Source: a virus
Virus record (IMG/VR): IMGVR_UViG_3300042516_005631
Location: 1-64,000 of that record
DNA: 64,000 bases
Strand: one strand, 5' to 3'
In this document: positions 9,174 to 18,799 of the stretch, piece after piece
Layout of the letters: every line of letters begins with the position of its first letter
Numbering within the stretch: the first letter of the stretch is position 1
Program-made: the position numbers and the translations under genes
The notes under the pieces: generated by a model
Databases searched by the model: none
What the model saw: only the letters and a program-made list of their open reading frames with translations
What the model was told of the DNA's origin: nothing

Positions 9174-11072
9174 TTACTCTCGTATTTGTGATTCATCTAA
9201 CAATGAATTTCCTCTAATATCTGATTCAAAAATCATTTGTTTTTTCTGATTTTTAATAGCATTAAAGGCATATGCATTTTTATTTCGTGAATTTTTTGTT
9301 TCAAGAGCTAATGGAGAACCGCCTTTATATTGTGGTTTAATTGAATCTGATTCATCGTTGTCTTTGGTTACGCCTGATCTTCCAATTCTATCTTTTCCAA
9401 AAGCATTGTCTTGTGTGTTTCTATCTGTTACATTTTCTTTTGGTCTTCCAAGTGGTTCTTTTTCGTCATATCCTTCAGGTACCTCCCCATTTTCGTATCT
9501 TTGTCTTCCATATAAAGAAGCTAAATCATGTGGTGTACCGTAAGATTTACCTGTTTCAAGTGGATCATTTCCTTCATTTTCAACTTGAGTTAAACGGAAT
9601 TTACGTTTAGCATCTTGTAGAATCAAGTCTCTATACTCGTCATATTGATCCTCACTCATATGGAATAATCTTTCATATATAAAATCAGTAGGGAATATTT
9701 TAGCTTCAACCATACTATTAGCTAATTCTACTTTTTCCTTCATTAATGCTACTCTTTCTTGATCATATATAATTGAAGGTGTAGTTAATGAAAGTTCAAA
9801 ATTTGTTAAACTCTCGTCGGTATAACCTTGAGCATATAAATGAACTAATGCTATTTTAGTTAATTCTGAGATGAGAATGCGTTGGATACGCTCAATAGTA
9901 CGGGCAAAACGAATATCTTCTGCTGCTAATGTTGCTTTACCAGTTAAGTCTTTTTCATATCCCATAAATGCTTTAGGTACTTTTAAAGCAGCAAATAATT
10001 TATCTCTTAAATATTCAACATCCTGTATACCATCGTATTGTAAACCACCTAAATTATCTATTTTTGTTGCTTGATCATTACCTCTAACAGGAATATAAAA
10101 ATCTTCAAGTAAATTTTGCATATTGTACTTCAAGTTATAATCACCTGTTTGTTGATCAATGTATGGAGTACGTTTCATTTTGGAAATTGTTTTCTGCATG
10201 AAATTTTCTACTTCAGCTGGTGCAATGTTTCCAACATTAATGTAAAATATACGTTTTTCTGGGGCGCGAACAATTCTATGAATTAACATCGCGTCTTCCA
10301 TCATTGTATATTGCTTAAATAACTTACGACCTGGTTCTAGATATGATCTACCATAGGGTAAAAAGTTAGTATCCGTTAATAAACGGAAATGAGCCATTTC
10401 GTAGTTATCAAAATATATATCTTTAGCTTGACCACCAGCATTTGGTACATTATAATAACCATAATCTGAAGGGGATGAAATACCATCTGGGTCAAATCTA
10501 AATCTTACAGACATTGGATGATCTGTATCATATCCATCTTGTCTTTCAATATGGAATGCATTGTATGGAATTACATTATATACACCGAATTTTTCTGCAA
10601 TCTCTAATTTTAAGAAGAAATCACCATACTTACACATGTTACGAACCCAAGGCCATAAATTAAATTCTACATTTAATACATCGTAAAATAAATTGTATAG
10701 GATTCTTTGAATATCTTCGTCAGATGATTTAATCTGTAATACCTCACCCATATCATTACGTAAAGTACTCTCGTCAGCTATAATATCTAAAGCAGAGGCA
10801 ACAATTGCATCTGTATCCATTGCATCATATTCTGAGTATAGGGTAGGTCTAAGTGTTTGGTAGTTAAAACTACTTTGATATCCATAAATTGATGAATGGG
10901 AATTTGTCCATACTCTATTAAATCTATCTACTAGAGCATTTGTTTCATATTCACCTGATATTTGGATTTTATTTATATCAACTACTTTAAGTTGGTTTCC
11001 TCCATCATTACGAATGATTACGTCTGTTGAAAATAGTCGTTTTAATCTTGAAAATAATCTAGTATCTGCCAT
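9174..11072 (-). CDS. gp20: Portal protein, T4 gp20-like
   Basis: MEDAMLIHRIVRAPEKRIFYINVGN, EDFYIPVRG, YLRDKLFAALKVPK, EDIRFARTIERIQ. Confidence 0.96.
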   Translation of the reverse strand: MADTRLFSRLKRLFSTDVIIRNDGGNQLKVVDINKIQISGEYETNALVDRFNRVWTNSHSSIYGYQSSFNYQTLRPTLYSEYDAMDTDAIVASALDIIADESTLRNDMGEVLQIKSSDEDIQRILYNLFYDVLNVEFNLWPWVRNMCKYGDFFLKLEIAEKFGVYNVIPYNAFHIERQDGYDTDHPMSVRFRFDPDGISSPSDYGYYNVPNAGGQAKDIYFDNYEMAHFRLLTDTNFLPYGRSYLEPGRKLFKQYTMMEDAMLIHRIVRAPEKRIFYINVGNIAPAEVENFMQKTISKMKRTPYIDQQTGDYNLKYNMQNLLEDFYIPVRGNDQATKIDNLGGLQYDGIQDVEYLRDKLFAALKVPKAFMGYEKDLTGKATLAAEDIRFARTIERIQRILISELTKIALVHLYAQGYTDESLTNFELSLTTPSIIYDQERVALMKEKVELANSMVEAKIFPTDFIYERLFHMSEDQYDEYRDLILQDAKRKFRLTQVENEGNDPLETGKSYGTPHDLASLYGRQRYENGEVPEGYDEKEPLGRPKENVTDRNTQDNAFGKDRIGRSGVTKDNDESDSIKPQYKGGSPLALETKNSRNKNAYAFNAIKNQKKQMIFESDIRGNSLLDESQIRE

Positions 11073-11078
11073 ATAATT

Positions 11079-12668
11079 TTATATTAACCATGAGATATCC
11101 TCTTGATCATTTGAATAAGGATTATCTATTTTGAATGGGTTATTGTTATGTTTGTTTGGTTGTTGAGATGAATATCCTCCAGAATACCCATGATGATTAG
11201 TACTTATACCATTAAGCATACTTTTGGTCATCTCCATACCATTTTGTCTTAATTTAAATGCTGTTTCTCGTAAAAATGCTGCAATAGAAAATCCCATAAT
11301 TAAATCATCATTGTAACCAGGTTGTGCTTCTGGTCTACCATTTCTCCATATAAATACTTTCATTTCCTCCATTAGTCTAGCAGACTGAATAATTGCACCT
11401 CTATCTCTAACAGCTTCTTGGAATTTTCCAATTGATATTGGACGTGTAGCAGAAGACATTGTAAAACCTGGTGTCATTTTACTATGGTCCATATATGGGT
11501 CAAAATAGCTATCCACTGTTAAAGCATTTCCTTTAGGTGAAAAATACAAATTATGATACCCTCTATCAAGGATAGTTTGAATAGTTGACCAAGCTATACT
11601 AGAATTTTCTGGGGCTAGTAGGGCATTATTGTATTCTGTTGCTATTGCTACAAGTAAGTAACCAAAATCTTTTGTACCAATTTGTCCTTTATATTCACCT
11701 ACTTGTTTATATGTTTCGATATCAATTATATGAAACGTAGAATAATCGGCTCCATCACCTCTAGCAACATCCGCTGTAATTAAGTAGTTACGTGAGTAAT
11801 CCGCTGGTTCCCAAATCCATAAATTTTGGTCAACTCCACGTTTTTCAAGTGGTTCTCTTATATATGTTTTTTCGTAAAAATCTATTTCATCTGCTAGAAA
11901 TACTGTATCACCAGAGGTACTAAAATCACAGTCACATTCTTGTGCTGCCATTTTAGGTCCCAAATCAGCATCTTGCTGATCTCTCCACGATTGATCTCTT
12001 TCAGGATGTACACTCCAAGGTAAACGAATAGGTAAAAAACTATTTTCACCCATTTCGGAAGCAACCCATGTTTTATGAAACCAGTTACCTGTACCATAAG
12101 GTGTAGATAAAGCAATACATCCACCACCAGTAGCTAAGGTTTGTTGAGCTGAGGCCCATATCTCACCTATGTTGTTAATGAATGCTGCCTCATCTATTAT
12201 TAGTAAAGAAACTGCTTCTGAACGACCGGCATCACTGGATGCTGAAGTGGCTTTAATTTGGGAGCCATTTGGTAGTCGTAATGTTAATTTATTAGCTTCG
12301 TCTGGTTTGGATGGAAACTTAAGCCATGAAGGTAAGTTTTCATACATAAACTTAACCTTTGTAACCATATTTTTTGCAGTATCCTGTTTTGTTGCAATAC
12401 AAAGTACATTCTTGTCTTGATGAAACATCATTAACCACAAAGAATATCCTGCAGATAATGTTGATATACCTAACTGTCTGGATTTCAAAACAATTGAGTA
12501 TGGGTTTTCTTGGAATAAAGTTAAAACACGCTCTTGAAATGGATATAGGTTAAATTGAATACGTCCGCGTTTTGGATGCTGGATATAGCAATATTTTTTC
12601 ATAAAATATGCCGGGGATGCAGCGCATTTAATATATTCTTCTCGTATTGCTTGTTTTAAATCAGACAT
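11079..12668 (-). CDS. terL: Terminase large subunit, T4 gp17-like
   Basis: LYPFQ, LKSRQLGIST Walker A, LIIDEAAF Walker B, STPYG, ADVARGDGADYS and NDDLIM nuclease motifs. Confidence 0.97.
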   Translation of the reverse strand: MSDLKQAIREEYIKCAASPAYFMKKYCYIQHPKRGRIQFNLYPFQERVLTLFQENPYSIVLKSRQLGISTLSAGYSLWLMMFHQDKNVLCIATKQDTAKNMVTKVKFMYENLPSWLKFPSKPDEANKLTLRLPNGSQIKATSASSDAGRSEAVSLLIIDEAAFINNIGEIWASAQQTLATGGGCIALSTPYGTGNWFHKTWVASEMGENSFLPIRLPWSVHPERDQSWRDQQDADLGPKMAAQECDCDFSTSGDTVFLADEIDFYEKTYIREPLEKRGVDQNLWIWEPADYSRNYLITADVARGDGADYSTFHIIDIETYKQVGEYKGQIGTKDFGYLLVAIATEYNNALLAPENSSIAWSTIQTILDRGYHNLYFSPKGNALTVDSYFDPYMDHSKMTPGFTMSSATRPISIGKFQEAVRDRGAIIQSARLMEEMKVFIWRNGRPEAQPGYNDDLIMGFSIAAFLRETAFKLRQNGMEMTKSMLNGISTNHHGYSGGYSSQQPNKHNNNPFKIDNPYSNDQEDISWLI

Positions 12669-12670
12669 AG

Positions 12671-13099
12671 TTATTTAACTAATGCAAATGTAAGAAAAGA
12701 AATTAATACTCCCACGAATCCTCCTCCAAGCCATTTAATACCTTCTCTAAGATTTTTATTTTCTGTGGTTAGTTTTTCAATATCTTTTTCTAGACCTTTA
12801 TTTACTACTGATTGGGTTTCTTTTATTTCAGCGTATTTTTGAATTTGGGTAATGTAATTGGTATCTTTTTTTATATAAACTCTTATAGTACTATCTTTTT
12901 CAACTATAGTTTCGTTTAGTTGTTTTACAAGCTTTTGAGTTTTTTCCAGTTCAGCTTTTGCTGAATCACCTTTAACTAAATCTGCAGCTATTTTTTGAGC
13001 GGTTTTATGGTCAAAACAGATCTTATTTATATCGCTTTGAGAAAAAATCGTCAAGTTGCTGTGGAGTATAATTAAGAATATCCCTAATTTTTTTACCAT
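12671..13099 (-). CDS. Membrane-anchored coiled-coil protein (possible spanin-like)
   Basis: N-terminal hydrophobic stretch, coiled coil, C-terminal TM helix; overlaps upstream membrane gene; start uncertain. Confidence 0.55.
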   Translation of the reverse strand: MVKKLGIFLIILHSNLTIFSQSDINKICFDHKTAQKIAADLVKGDSAKAELEKTQKLVKQLNETIVEKDSTIRVYIKKDTNYITQIQKYAEIKETQSVVNKGLEKDIEKLTTENKNLREGIKWLGGGFVGVLISFLTFALVK

Positions 13100-13379
13100 A
13101 ATATTCACGTACATCTGCTATTTCTTTGTTTGTGTTGTTTATCTCGTTATTTAATGAATCTATTTTGTTTTGGTGGTAAAATATAGATTTATCTAATTGG
13201 AGTTGTTCTTTTTGTAATTCTGTTATTACACGAGCTAAACTATCGATTTGTTGTTTTTGTTTATCGTATTTAGATAAATCAACATTAGATGGTTTAAATA
13301 GTATCCATAATAGGAGTAAAATGATCGCACCCAAAATTAGGTGCGATACATTTAAAGTTATGGATTTATCTTTTATCAT
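13023..13379 (-). CDS. N-terminal TM plus coiled-coil protein (possible i-spanin-like)
   Basis: HLILGAIILLLLWILF TM then heptad-rich region. Confidence 0.6.
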   Translation of the reverse strand: MIKDKSITLNVSHLILGAIILLLLWILFKPSNVDLSKYDKQKQQIDSLARVITELQKEQLQLDKSIFYHQNKIDSLNNEINNTNKEIADVREYYGKKIRDILNYTPQQLDDFFSKRYK

Positions 13380-14248
13380 TATTCTACATCTCTACCAGCT
13401 GCTCGTTTCAAATCATCAAGCATTGATTTTGAAAATTTAAATTTATCTTTTGCTAATTTTAATATTCCGTCAATTTTAGCTTTATCTTCTTTATTTTTCT
13501 TAACAGATGCTAAAAATTGATTAAATTTTATTTTCTTTTCTTCAGGTGTAGAACCTAATTCTTTTGCTGTTTCGTCTTTTTCTAATTCTTTAGCTGAAGG
13601 TCCTTCTTCATCGTCTGATTTAGTTTCTTTAGCTTTAGGTTCAGATTTAGGTGCTGCTTCTTTTTTTTCTTTTTTAGGTGCTTCTGGTTTTTCTTCAGAT
13701 GCTTTTCTACCGCGTTGACCTTTTTCTGTACCTAATACTTGAGCGGCAGCGTCTTTTTCAATTGTGTTAGTTGCAATATCGTCTTTAAATTTATCTCCTG
13801 CTTTTTCAGCATCAAGCATAACTTTAGTTAATAAATCTTGCAAATTAATATCGTGTTCTGCTTTAAGTTCTTTTTTAAGTGCAGATACATATCCTTTTAA
13901 TCTTGCATTTTTACCTTCACCTGAAAATACTGGGTTTTGTTTTAATTTGTCGATGGTTGCTTTTTCAGCTGCTTTAACTGCTTCTAACTCGCCTGTTTTA
14001 CCTTGTTTTTCCAATTGAGTTTTTAATTGTACCATACTAGCCATTTCCGCTAATTGTTCAATTTCATTTAATTGAGTTTCAGCAACACCAGTTTTTTGCA
14101 ATTCAGCTTTTTTCTTTTGTAAAGCTTTAATTTCTAAATCAGTAGCTTTAAGGGCTGCCATTTGGGCTGCTTTATCTTCAGCATCACCTTCTCTTAACGC
14201 AAAAGCAATTTCTTCACGTACTATTTCGAGTAAACGAGTTTTTTTCAT
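13379..14248 (-). CDS. Probable internal head protein (K/E/A-rich)
   Basis: Late motif at 14265-14273; leader MKKTRLLEIVREE; low-complexity charged. Confidence 0.65.
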   Translation of the reverse strand: MKKTRLLEIVREEIAFALREGDAEDKAAQMAALKATDLEIKALQKKKAELQKTGVAETQLNEIEQLAEMASMVQLKTQLEKQGKTGELEAVKAAEKATIDKLKQNPVFSGEGKNARLKGYVSALKKELKAEHDINLQDLLTKVMLDAEKAGDKFKDDIATNTIEKDAAAQVLGTEKGQRGRKASEEKPEAPKKEKKEAAPKSEPKAKETKSDDEEGPSAKELEKDETAKELGSTPEEKKIKFNQFLASVKKNKEDKAKIDGILKLAKDKFKFSKSMLDDLKRAAGRDVE

Positions 14249-14272
14249 TTTAATATAGTTTATTTATAAATA

Positions 14273-14803
14273 TTATGAAAATAGCGTTTGTTTAACTTTC
14301 TGTATTCTTTCCTCAACACTACCCGTTAAAACTGTAAAGTTTTTAGTTTTATGAGGGTATTTTCTTAATATTTTTTGAATTTCAAAATCAACTTCATCTC
14401 TATACTTAGCATCTGTTGTTCTAACACCATTATCCTCTATTTCAACTCCCTCAGGTGATATGTAAAATATGTAATCATATTCATTAATTAAGTGGGAAGC
14501 TGCTTGGTTAATCTCGTCACCTATATAGTACGGAATTGAATTAGCTAAACGTGTAAAAGCCATTACATCTATAACTGTGCGGTCTGTTATAACTTTTTCC
14601 ATAAGTAATTCAGAGGCACGTTCAGCTAAAAATACAAATTGACCTTTTATTGTTGAGTCAGTATTTAATGGTATACCTAAATCACGTAAATATTTTGAAC
14701 GTTCTGTTGCAAAATAATATTCTTTAAATTCTGGTAATTCTTTTAATGCATTAACTAATGTAGTTTTACCTACAGACATTGTTCCTGTAAATCCTATTTT
14801 CAT
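14273..14803 (-). CDS. P-loop kinase/ATPase, NadR-type AAA_28-like
   Basis: GFTGTMSVGKTT Walker A, ITDRTVID, YDYIFY, EDNGVR. Confidence 0.8.
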   Translation of the reverse strand: MKIGFTGTMSVGKTTLVNALKELPEFKEYYFATERSKYLRDLGIPLNTDSTIKGQFVFLAERASELLMEKVITDRTVIDVMAFTRLANSIPYYIGDEINQAASHLINEYDYIFYISPEGVEIEDNGVRTTDAKYRDEVDFEIQKILRKYPHKTKNFTVLTGSVEERIQKVKQTLFS

Positions 14804-14818
14804 AACTTTATTTTACTT

Positions 14819-15076
14819 TTAATGATTTATTAAACTTTTTAAAACATATATAAGATCTTTAGCTTCATCTTTTAATACTTTTAAATATTTTGAAGCATTT
14901 TCTCCTTCATATTCCCCTATACTAGAAATATTTTTAATTAAAACATGACATGCTTCTTTTATATCTAAAAAATCACTGTCTAAATTATTCCAATTAATTT
15001 GGGTTAATAAAGATTCTATAGTTTTAATATAATTAGAAGCTAATACTTCAGCAAGTAATTTAGATATTCTTTCCAT
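14819..15076 (-). CDS. Hypothetical protein (possibly 3' part of a frameshifted gene)
   Basis: 85-aa ORF starting within an A8 run of the upstream short ORF. Confidence 0.55.
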   Translation of the reverse strand: MERISKLLAEVLASNYIKTIESLLTQINWNNLDSDFLDIKEACHVLIKNISSIGEYEGENASKYLKVLKDEAKDLIYVLKSLINH

Positions 15077-15185
15077 TTTTTTTCAATATTTTTTTAGCTT
15101 TTTCAATAGCTTGGCGAATAAATAAAATATCTTGATCAATCTGTTTTACTTCAGATTCTGTTAATTGTTTTTTCTTCTTTTTCAT
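15060..15185 (-). CDS. 41-aa ORF MKKKKKQLTESEVKQ... (possibly 5' part of the same gene)
   Basis: Hand translation; ATG 5 nt after the oxidoreductase stop. Confidence 0.5.
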   Translation of the reverse strand: MKKKKKQLTESEVKQIDQDILFIRQAIEKAKKILKKNGKNI

Positions 15186-15190
15186 TTTAA

Positions 15191-16483
15191 TTAGTTTTTA
15201 AGTAATGACTCTGATATTAGAATACCATGGGCTCCACTAACACTAATTCCTCTTGCACTTAAAGCATCCCCAGCAAAGTGAACATTTGGATAATCCACCA
15301 AAGATAAATCGGAATAGTTTACTAACGGCTCTGCAGAGAGATATTTAACTTCTGGTATGTAAATCCCCCAATCATCTTTTAATGTTGGGAATACTTTTTT
15401 CATATCTTCAATAAAATCTTCTACATATTGAAAGTAACCACCCATTACCTCTCTTACACCATCTAAAAATTCAATTTGATATGATGTTACATTATTACCC
15501 TCTGATGTTTGGGATGGAACACGAGTTGGGCTATAATATAAACCAGTTCCATTAAATTGTAATTTATTTACTACATTACGTGACCAAGTGAATGGATCTT
15601 CAATACCATTAATTTCCATTAAAATACCAAAGTTAGTCATATTATTTCTATATGCTTCGTCTTTTTTAGCGTGACCATTATAGCTGTGGTCTCCATATGT
15701 TTCCTCTACAGCAACATAAGCGGCATTATTGTTTGTACAGAATGAACGTAACGAAACACCTTTATCGTCAAATTTTCTATATAACTTAAAGTCATATGAA
15801 ATGTCGATTAGTTTTTGAAAATGTTCTTGTGGTGCTTCAAATCGAACTCCAATTTGCACTGATTTAGGTTCATCTGGTAGGTTATATTCTTGGGCTAATT
15901 CTTGGGCGAAATCAATACCTGATTTTCCTACTGCAAAGATGAGTTCATCATATGAAATAGGGTCAAATTTGTCCATTCTTACAAAGTCAAAAAAGAAATC
16001 AATTTCAGTTACTTTAGTTTCCCATTTAAAATTAACACCTTTAGACACTAAATAATCGTACCAATTTTTAGCAATTTCAGATAGATAATCTGTTCCAACG
16101 TGCCATACAGGAAATAAACGTAAACCAAAGTATGGTTTAATAAATTCAGGTTCAGATTCAGGATTTGAACATTGTACTTCCTCTGGTTTAGGGTGGAAAC
16201 GTTTAAAATTAGTAATCACTTGATCCATTAATTCCATTGCTTTTTCCTCACCACAATATTTTGATAATTGACCTCCAATTGCTGTGTGGTAAGTTAATTT
16301 ACCATCACTCCAACCTCCAGCCCCTAAAAATCCTGTCATTACCTCTTCAGGTTTTCTACTATATGGATCTTTACCCATATCAATTATGGTAATTAATTCT
16401 CCCGGATATCCATTATCCACTAATTTAGTTGCAGCATTTACACCTGCTACACCTGCTCCTACTATTACTATTCGTTTTTCCAT
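15191..16483 (-). CDS. FAD-dependent oxidoreductase (COG2509/HI0933-like)
   Basis: IVIVGAGVAG Rossmann motif, GFLGAGGWSDGKL, IGVRFEAP, RSFCTN, FAGDALSARGISVSG. Confidence 0.88.
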   Translation of the reverse strand: MEKRIVIVGAGVAGVNAATKLVDNGYPGELITIIDMGKDPYSRKPEEVMTGFLGAGGWSDGKLTYHTAIGGQLSKYCGEEKAMELMDQVITNFKRFHPKPEEVQCSNPESEPEFIKPYFGLRLFPVWHVGTDYLSEIAKNWYDYLVSKGVNFKWETKVTEIDFFFDFVRMDKFDPISYDELIFAVGKSGIDFAQELAQEYNLPDEPKSVQIGVRFEAPQEHFQKLIDISYDFKLYRKFDDKGVSLRSFCTNNNAAYVAVEETYGDHSYNGHAKKDEAYRNNMTNFGILMEINGIEDPFTWSRNVVNKLQFNGTGLYYSPTRVPSQTSEGNNVTSYQIEFLDGVREVMGGYFQYVEDFIEDMKKVFPTLKDDWGIYIPEVKYLSAEPLVNYSDLSLVDYPNVHFAGDALSARGISVSGAHGILISESLLKN

Positions 16484-16500
16484 TATTTATTTTAATAATT

Positions 16501-16543
16501 TAAATATACAAAAAAAAGTAGCCCAATCCAAAGATCGGGCTAC
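16501..16543 (-). promoter_or_regulatory. Terminator hairpin overlapping a Bacteroidota-type housekeeping promoter
   Basis: Stem GTAGCCC/GGGCTAC followed by T8; TTTG-N20-TATATTTA upstream of the oxidoreductase ATG. Confidence 0.6.
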
Positions 16544-16592
16544 AACTCCAAAAATATTTTTTAATCAACTAGGCTATGAATCTGTCTATATG

Positions 16593-16889
16593 TTAATCTG
16601 TTGTTCCAGGTGTTAAACGTGGATCAGCAGCTGGTGAATCAGTTGGAATGCTTGGAAAATTTTTTCCAATTCCTTTTGCAACAAGTAAATTCAATTGTTG
16701 AGCTTCATCTGCTGAAAGGTTGTTAATCATAGAATTTAATGCTGTATCTCCGGCTTCTTTAATTTGGTTTAAAGCACCACGAATTAGGGCTATTTGTTGA
16801 GGATCTCTTTCTTCAGATAACACTTTAAGTATTTCTTCTTTGATGAGAGACCACATTGCATTTTTTAATTTTGGATCTGATTTTTTCAT
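16593..16889 (-). CDS. Hypothetical protein, probable internal head protein
   Basis: Start reassigned to ATG overlapping the upstream stop; LIKEEILKVLSEE leader. Confidence 0.65.
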   Translation of the reverse strand: MKKSDPKLKNAMWSLIKEEILKVLSEERDPQQIALIRGALNQIKEAGDTALNSMINNLSADEAQQLNLLVAKGIGKNFPSIPTDSPAADPRLTPGTTD

Positions 16890-17146
16890 AATTTGTATAT
16901 TTTTAATTTTAATGTTCCTGTTCCTTTTATCACACGATGCCACTCATGTCTTGGTATAAATATATGTTCTTTTAGTGAGGTAGGCAAACAATTATCTAAT
17001 TGAATTTGCCAATCTGTATCTTCTAGTATTTCAAGGGTTCTATCTTCATTATCGCGGTGCCATAACAGTTCAATTGGGTCTATATTTTCGTTAAATTCAC
17101 GAATAATATATTTGTCTGTAACTTCTATGTCTGTGTATGGGGTCAA
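16886..17146 (-). CDS. Small cupin-like protein
   Basis: LLWHRDNEDR...FIPRHEWHRVIKG pattern of a cupin double-stranded beta helix. Confidence 0.65.
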   Translation of the reverse strand: MTPYTDIEVTDKYIIREFNENIDPIELLWHRDNEDRTLEILEDTDWQIQLDNCLPTSLKEHIFIPRHEWHRVIKGTGTLKLKIYKL

Positions 17147-17733
17147 GAAGTAAATTTATTTAAATGGTCAAATACAATATAAGTACATCTTTCTAAAACC
17201 TCACTAAATAATTCTTCATTATTGTCGTCTAATTTTGTAAATTTAACTTTTTTCCACCAATTTTTTTCTTTAAAATTGATTTTTTTATTTTCCATTAATG
17301 TAATTAAAAGTCTAGTTAAATGTAAACATTCATGGGGAACTATACGTTCTTGAGTTAAATTTGATATTCTATCTAAATTAAAAAATATAAATAATTTACT
17401 ATCATATACATTAGTTAATCCAGCAATAAAAGCATCTTTTTTTTCGTTTTTATGTTTTTCCAGAAATTTAATACAATCTTCTTTTTTTAAACCAGCAATT
17501 TCATCTGTTTGGAATGCTTCAAATATAGATAAACTGTTTTTTCCTAAAATTAATTGAAATGGTTTTAATGTAATTTTTTTACCATCAAAAGTAGTAAATG
17601 GCTTTATAGTAATTGTTTTATGAACTACTACATCTTTACCTTTTTTTAAATTTTCAGAGGAAAAAATTTTTTCTTCTAAAATTAATTTTTTAGATAAAAT
17701 GCTTTCATTTAATATGTCTATAAGTTTGATCAT
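17143..17733 (-). CDS. Hypothetical protein with HExxH zincin-like motif
   Basis: PHECLH plus downstream NEELFSE; leader MIKLIDILNE. Confidence 0.65.
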   Translation of the reverse strand: MIKLIDILNESILSKKLILEEKIFSSENLKKGKDVVVHKTITIKPFTTFDGKKITLKPFQLILGKNSLSIFEAFQTDEIAGLKKEDCIKFLEKHKNEKKDAFIAGLTNVYDSKLFIFFNLDRISNLTQERIVPHECLHLTRLLITLMENKKINFKEKNWWKKVKFTKLDDNNEELFSEVLERCTYIVFDHLNKFTS

Positions 17734-17978
17734 TTTTCTTTAGGTAAAAACCAATTTGAACACCATTTTGAAGGGTCTTTAATTTGATTTCCTTCATTAT
17801 CTACTAGTTCAGCCGTTCCCATATGTTCTTGATAATATGAATTACCACACATATGCTTTTCATCTTCTACATAGTAAAATTTACAAACATGACAACCAAA
17901 TCCTACAGGTGAATACATGTATGGAGGTGATTGCTCTGATTGGTTTGCTTCTTTAAGTAAATCAGTTAGTTTAATCAT
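17730..17978 (-). CDS. Small Cys-rich putative metal-binding protein
   Basis: GCHVCKFY...HMCG...WCSNW; leader MIKLTDLLKE. Confidence 0.7.
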   Translation of the reverse strand: MIKLTDLLKEANQSEQSPPYMYSPVGFGCHVCKFYYVEDEKHMCGNSYYQEHMGTAELVDNEGNQIKDPSKWCSNWFLPKEK

Positions 17979-18138
17979 CTTGTTTATTGATTTCTTTACC
18001 TGCTTTTACAGCTGATTTATATGCTTTTGAGCCTTTTGAAGATGGTTTTTCTCCACGTTCGCGTTTAGCACGTATGTTAGCCCATAAACCAGGGCGTTCT
18101 TTAAGTACTTCTTGTATAATTTTTTCTAGTCTATTCAT
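17971..18138 (-). CDS. 55-aa basic protein, probable internal head peptide
   Basis: Not in ORF track; MNRLEKIIQEVLKE-RPGLWANIRAKRERGEKPSSKGSKAYKSAVKAGKEINKQDD fills the gap with overlaps on both sides. Confidence 0.75.
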   Translation of the reverse strand: MNRLEKIIQEVLKERPGLWANIRAKRERGEKPSSKGSKAYKSAVKAGKEINKQDD

Positions 18139-18769
18139 CACCTAATACATATTTAACTTTATATTGCTTGTTACATATTGTATTTGCTTTTCCTATCAAA
18201 TGACATCTTACTGTTTCATGATGGATGTTTAAATCTGAAGCTAGGTCATAGTAACTATTATATTGTTGGATAAATTCTCCATTTGTATTGTATAAAGCTA
18301 CAGATTTTCCTTTACCTTTATTTGGGCTAGTTCTACCTTTATGGGCTTCAGATACTCCCGGTTTAGGCCCATCGGGTTTACCTTTTTTAGAGGTTGTGGA
18401 TCCTTTCTTAGCTTTAGATATTTTATCACATCTCTCTTTTGTAAATTTTTTCCCAGTTAGTTTTTCACTAACAGTGAGTTTGGTTTCTTCTTTATGAAGA
18501 TCATTTCCTCTAGCATCGTTAGTTAAATTATAGAACATCGGATTGGTAGCTGCCTCAAAGTGTTCTAACCATTGGGATTCTATTTCACGAGCATTTCCCT
18601 CACCTTGCCAAATTATATCTCTTGTAAAATTATTTTTACCGTATTTTTTTAGAGCATCTTTTATTACTCTACCACTACCATAATAATTTTCATCTATTTG
18701 AGATTTTCTAGAAGAACCAATATACTTTTTTCCATTTATAATATTGGTTATAAGATAAACATAAGCCAT
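18131..18769 (-). CDS. GIY-YIG (Seg-like) homing endonuclease
   Basis: AYVYLITNIINGKKYIGS...YYGSG...KKYGKNNF; NUMOD3-like KISKAKKG; own late motif at 18775-18783. Confidence 0.88.
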   Translation of the reverse strand: MAYVYLITNIINGKKYIGSSRKSQIDENYYGSGRVIKDALKKYGKNNFTRDIIWQGEGNAREIESQWLEHFEAATNPMFYNLTNDARGNDLHKEETKLTVSEKLTGKKFTKERCDKISKAKKGSTTSKKGKPDGPKPGVSEAHKGRTSPNKGKGKSVALYNTNGEFIQQYNSYYDLASDLNIHHETVRCHLIGKANTICNKQYKVKYVLGDE

Positions 18770-18799
18770 TTTATTATAAATATTGGTAGGGCCGATTTC

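Noticed and set aside
9174-12668. Introns or inteins in portal and terminase
   Set aside because: Both ORFs are continuous and of ordinary length, and the nearby endonucleases are intergenic.
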